38,032 nucleotides of DNA, from the NCBI GenBank assembly GCA_000826855.1, contig JTLS01000045.1:1-38032 (forward strand), given 5' to 3'. Under the pieces are notes generated by a model, which saw nothing but the letters and a program-made list of their open reading frames with translations, did not search any database and was not told the origin of the DNA. Position numbers and translations under genes: made by a program. Position 1 is the stretch's first letter. Each line of letters opens with the position of its first letter. Shown here piece after piece: positions 34,438 through 38,032 of the stretch. This DNA comes from Basidioascus undulatus. Taxonomy: Eukaryota.

Positions 34438-34768
34438 GTGCTCGGATGTCCAGAAGAAGGGTTGCTCGAGCACCACCGGAACGAGCTAGGAGGCGGGCAA
34501 GACAGCGAGCGACTCAGGTCGATTTTGTCGTATGGCTTGCATAGGGGCTGAGCCCCAGTCGTTCTTAAAGGCGGGCCCCGTGCTCCACGCTGACGTTGTA
34601 CTAGTACTGGAGCTCGAGACCAAACGTGCTTCATGTGAGTACAAGAATGACATCGGCCAGGCGGGCAAGGGCCTCAAGTGCGGTCTGGCGCTTGAGGGGT
34701 TCGCGACTGCGAGGGGGACTACATCCACTGCAGGCGATGAGACGGCGGAGAAGCCGAGGAGTCTCTAA
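34438..34768 (+). pseudogene. Degenerate fragment of the C-terminal domain of (mitochondrial) translation initiation factor IF-2
   Basis: ELET...KNDIGQAGKGLKCGLALEGF, then in a shifted frame DCEGDYIHC, then EKPRSL*. This matches the IF-2 end pattern K.DV.E..KG.ECG..LEGF.D..EGD.I.C...E..R.L. No GTPase domain is visible upstream. Confidence 0.55.
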
Positions 34769-35905
34769 CCTGCATCTGCATCTTTTCTTCTAAATCGCTT
34801 CCCTCTGGCTCTGCATCACCCGCATAATAGACCCTTAACCCTTGCATGTTCCATGTTGTCGTAGCTACCCGCCTACATTGCATCTTGCATACACCACTCT
34901 GATTCGGCGTTGCTGCAGAGGGCTGGCGTATCCTTCAATGCTTCCATTTGTATGGCTTCACAGGGACGTAGGGGATGTCCGTGGCCCGTTAGCGTACGTC
35001 CTGAAAAAGTGGGTCTATGATACGCTTTTACAGCTCGCGGCGAACACAGTCGCCATGATGTGGCCTTTTCACAACAGCAACGGAGCGGAGAGCGAAAATG
35101 ACACGACCTCTACAAATGCTTGGCCACCACGGTGACTGCAGCCACGAACATGCACGATGACTGCTGCAGCTCCGTGTGATATGCCGCTATCCTGCACCTC
35201 CCCACCCAGACGTCCGCCCCTGGTCGCGCCCGGCCTCGTCACTGTTCCACCGCCCTCTATGTCCCAGCTGGCCTGGTCGGTGGTTCAGAGGAATAGTGCA
35301 GGGAGCAGTCCTCGTTCAGCAACCACAAACGGAATGACGAAACCAAGAAAGAAGATCCACTGCGCGTGGGACCAACCTCGCAGCGGCCGTACGAACGCGC
35401 TCAGTGAAGTCTCCTTCGGCTCGTTGAAAGTCGATCTGGCATCGCGCGAGTGATCCAGGGCTAAGAGCTCTTGAGCAGGCCGTCAGGTCTGGCGCGTGGT
35501 CGACTGTGGGTGTTTGCGTGGCACGACTTTTAGCCTCGGGTGTGACATTTATCAGAGCCACCCGACTTAGTTGCACTCACCGACGAGTGTCCAGTCCTTC
35601 GTATCCTTCGAGGCTATCGATTACAGCGTCGAGGATTCGGTGAAGGTTGTGAGCGGCGTGCGCGGTGATCGCTGCTGCTCCGGACGACGTGGAGCCGCGC
35701 TCCGTGAGGGCGAGCAATCGCAGATTTGCGTGATGCCGAAGTGGGTCGAATTGCTGAGAGAGGTGTTCTAGAGGATAAGGAGGAATGGGCAGGCACAATC
35801 GCAAACTCGATACACCGAATCTATGCAATGCAATGCCGATGAGGGGCAGATACAATACAGACACCAAGAGGGACGAGGAAAGAAACAGAACTACAACAGC
35901 GGCGT

Positions 35906-38032
35906 TCAGCTCGACGCAGTCGCAGCCTTCGTCTTCCTCTTTTTAGACGGCTGTCCGTCCTTCTTCCCCCCCGCACCAGCAAGCGCCTTCCGCTTCGCCT
36001 CCTTCCCCTTACCCTTCTCCTGCTCCTTCCCCTTCCCCTTGCTCTTCTCCCCGAGCGTACCCAACAGCTGCCGCGCCAGGCCCTCGACGCCCTTGAAGCG
36101 ATCGATCCGCCTGAGGCTCTCGACGAGCGCGCCCAGCGCGGACGGGTCCCACGCCTCGCGCACGTCGTCCAGCTCGGGCGACAGCTTCTTGTGCACGCGA
36201 ACGGACGCGAGCGCGAATTTGAGCGCGTCCTTCAGGCGCGAGGCAGGGATTGAGTCCGCCGCGGATTTCTCGCACGCAGACGCGAGGAGCGCGTAGACGG
36301 CTTGCCGGATGCGCGGGAGGAGGGCGAGGAGCTCGGACGACAGACCAGCGGAGGTCTGCTAGTGAGTTAGTGAAGGAAGCGCAAACGACTGGGAGAGATG
36401 GGGGCACGACGTACGAGAGCGGTCTGCTGGTGGAGCAGGTTCTGCAGCATCTGGAACGCCGTCGCCTGGCGGTACGTCTTCACGCCGCTCTCGGCCGCGG
36501 CGGCGAGGAACGCGTCGCGGAGGGACCAAGCGAGGAGAGGGTAGCGGCGGATGTAGTCGACAAAGAACGACGGCTGGAGCTTGGACGCCTTGCGGGAGAC
36601 ATAGTCGTCCCAGCTCGCCTTGTAAAGCTCCTTGATCGGGTTCTCATGCGTGCTCTTCTTGTCGTCGCCCTGCGCAAAGAGCACGCGGACGAGGTACAGC
36701 GACGCAGCGCTGCAGGTCCCGACGAGTTCGGCGGTCTGCGCCTTGCTGCGCGCGACGCCGTGCACCTCGCCGAGCATCTCGACGAGCTCCTCGGCGTCCA
36801 CGCCCGCGCCGGCGGGGACGTCCTTCGCCTTTGCGATCCGCTGCCGGAGAATCGACGTCGCCTTGGACGCGAGCTGCGCTTCGGACGGGCCGGAGTTGAG
36901 GATGATCTCGAAGAGCGGGAGGACGAGGCGGAGGACGAGCGCATTCGACGGCTGCCGCTTCGCGTAGATGTCCAGGAGGTCGATCAGACGGTTCTTGGCA
37001 TGTTGGGCCTCCCGTTGAGCACCTGAAGGGAAGAAGCCGTCAGCAGCCGCGCAGTATGGGAGTCAGCGCATGCGTCATACTCACCCTGCTTCGCCTTCTT
37101 GCCCGATCGTCGTTGGCGGAAGAGCTCGGCGAGCTGCTCGTCGAGCGCCATCATCTGTTCGTCGTCCATGTCCGGCAAAGACTCGTCGTCGTCGTCGGCC
37201 TCGTCGCCTTCGTCGCCCTCGTCGCCTTCGTCGCCCTCGTCGTCGGATAGCGGCTGGCCCAGAGCGATCGCGAGCTTGCGCTTGAACTCCTAGATTGACC
37301 ATGCAACGACTGGGTCAGCCGCGGTAAAGTGGAAGAGCGGAGAGAAAGGAACGAACCGGATCGACATCCTCTTCCTCCTCGTCCTCCTCGTCGTCATCAC
37401 CATCGTCCTCCGACGCTTCCTCCTCGTCTTCATCCTCCTCCTCCTCGTCACCCTCCTCCTCGGCGCCGTCTGCCTCAGCCATCTCCTCGTCCCTGTTTCC
37501 ACCAACCGTCAGCCTCAAGTCGTCCTCAGCACGCTCTGCAACATGACGTACTCGTCCTCCTCGCCCTCAACCTCCGCCTCATCCTCCCCAACAGGTAACG
37601 ACAGCTGCTGGACGATCATCTCGAGCGCCTCCCCGCCGATGTCCGCCGCAAACGCAGTGAAAACCGCGAGCGCGAGCGCGCGGAGGAACGCGGACGGGCG
37701 CTCGAGGAGCGTGACGAGCACGTCGACGAGCACGGCGCTCGGCTCCGGTTCGCCGTCCGCGCGGTCCTCCGCCGGCGGGGCAGCGGCCTTCTTCTTTTGC
37801 GTCTTCTTCAGGGAGGCGGTTGTGGCGGGGAAGAGGAGAGGAGCGACGTCGCGGATCTCCTGTTGCTCGCCCTAGCATCAGCACCGCGCCGAGCTGCGTA
37901 GACGGCGTGACAAAGAGAACGCACCTCCAGCACGTCCATGACGCTCTCGGGGTCGTCGTACGACTGGAGCAGCACAGAAAGCACGAGCATCTCGAACGCG
38001 CGCTTCTGCTCGTCGCGAGCCTCGGGGGCGTC
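35906..38032 (-). CDS. POL5: Pol5/MYBBP1A (DNA polymerase phi family, nucleolar rRNA biogenesis factor), 3' part; gene runs off the right edge
   Basis: VLVDVLVTLLERPSAFLRALA, long Asp/Glu tracts, MDDEQMMALDEQLAELFRQR, LIDLLDIYAKRQPSNAL, YKASWDDYVSRKASKLQPSFFVDYIRRYP and a Lys-rich tail ending KKRKTKAATASS* (TGA 35908-35906). Confidence 0.88.
37198..37245. repeat. 9-bp coding tandem repeat (GGCGACGAR on the minus strand) encoding (GDE)n in the Pol5 acidic region
   Basis: Plus strand reads tcgtcgcct-tcgtcgccc-tcgtcgcct-tcgtcgccc. Confidence 0.8.

Overview
This is eukaryotic nuclear DNA from an intron-rich fungus, most likely a basidiomycete. Introns are mostly 50-110 nt with GTGCGT/GTGAGT/GTACGT donors and CTGAC/CTAAC branch points, and exons are GC-rich, so the six-frame ORF track only shows exon fragments; I spliced the genes by hand. 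Conserved genes are a Zn-dependent alcohol dehydrogenase, FEN1/RAD27, Ran (GSP1), a secreted GH105/GH88 hydrolase, a LEA_2-type membrane protein, an Atx2/ZIP9-like transporter, TRAPP subunit BET3 head-to-head with MSH3, and the 3' part of POL5/MYBBP1A. There is also a DUF7137-like membrane protein, an orphan coiled-coil gene and a probable NDUFA4/B12D-like small gene. Between these lie patches of decaying genes: a divergent pair of paralogous F-box/'ATxPP-GxTV' pseudogenes (0.5-3.4 kb), several frameshifted remnants (14.3-16.7 kb) and a mitochondrial IF-2 fragment (34.4-34.8 kb). The most unusual features are a Ran gene whose start codon is split by an intron and whose stop codon is a separate exon, microexons and GC-AG introns in MSH3, and MCB-box clusters upstream of FEN1 and in the 156-bp BET3/MSH3 bidirectional promoter. 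I found no CRISPR array, rRNA, tRNA or intact transposon, and no convincing new multi-gene system.
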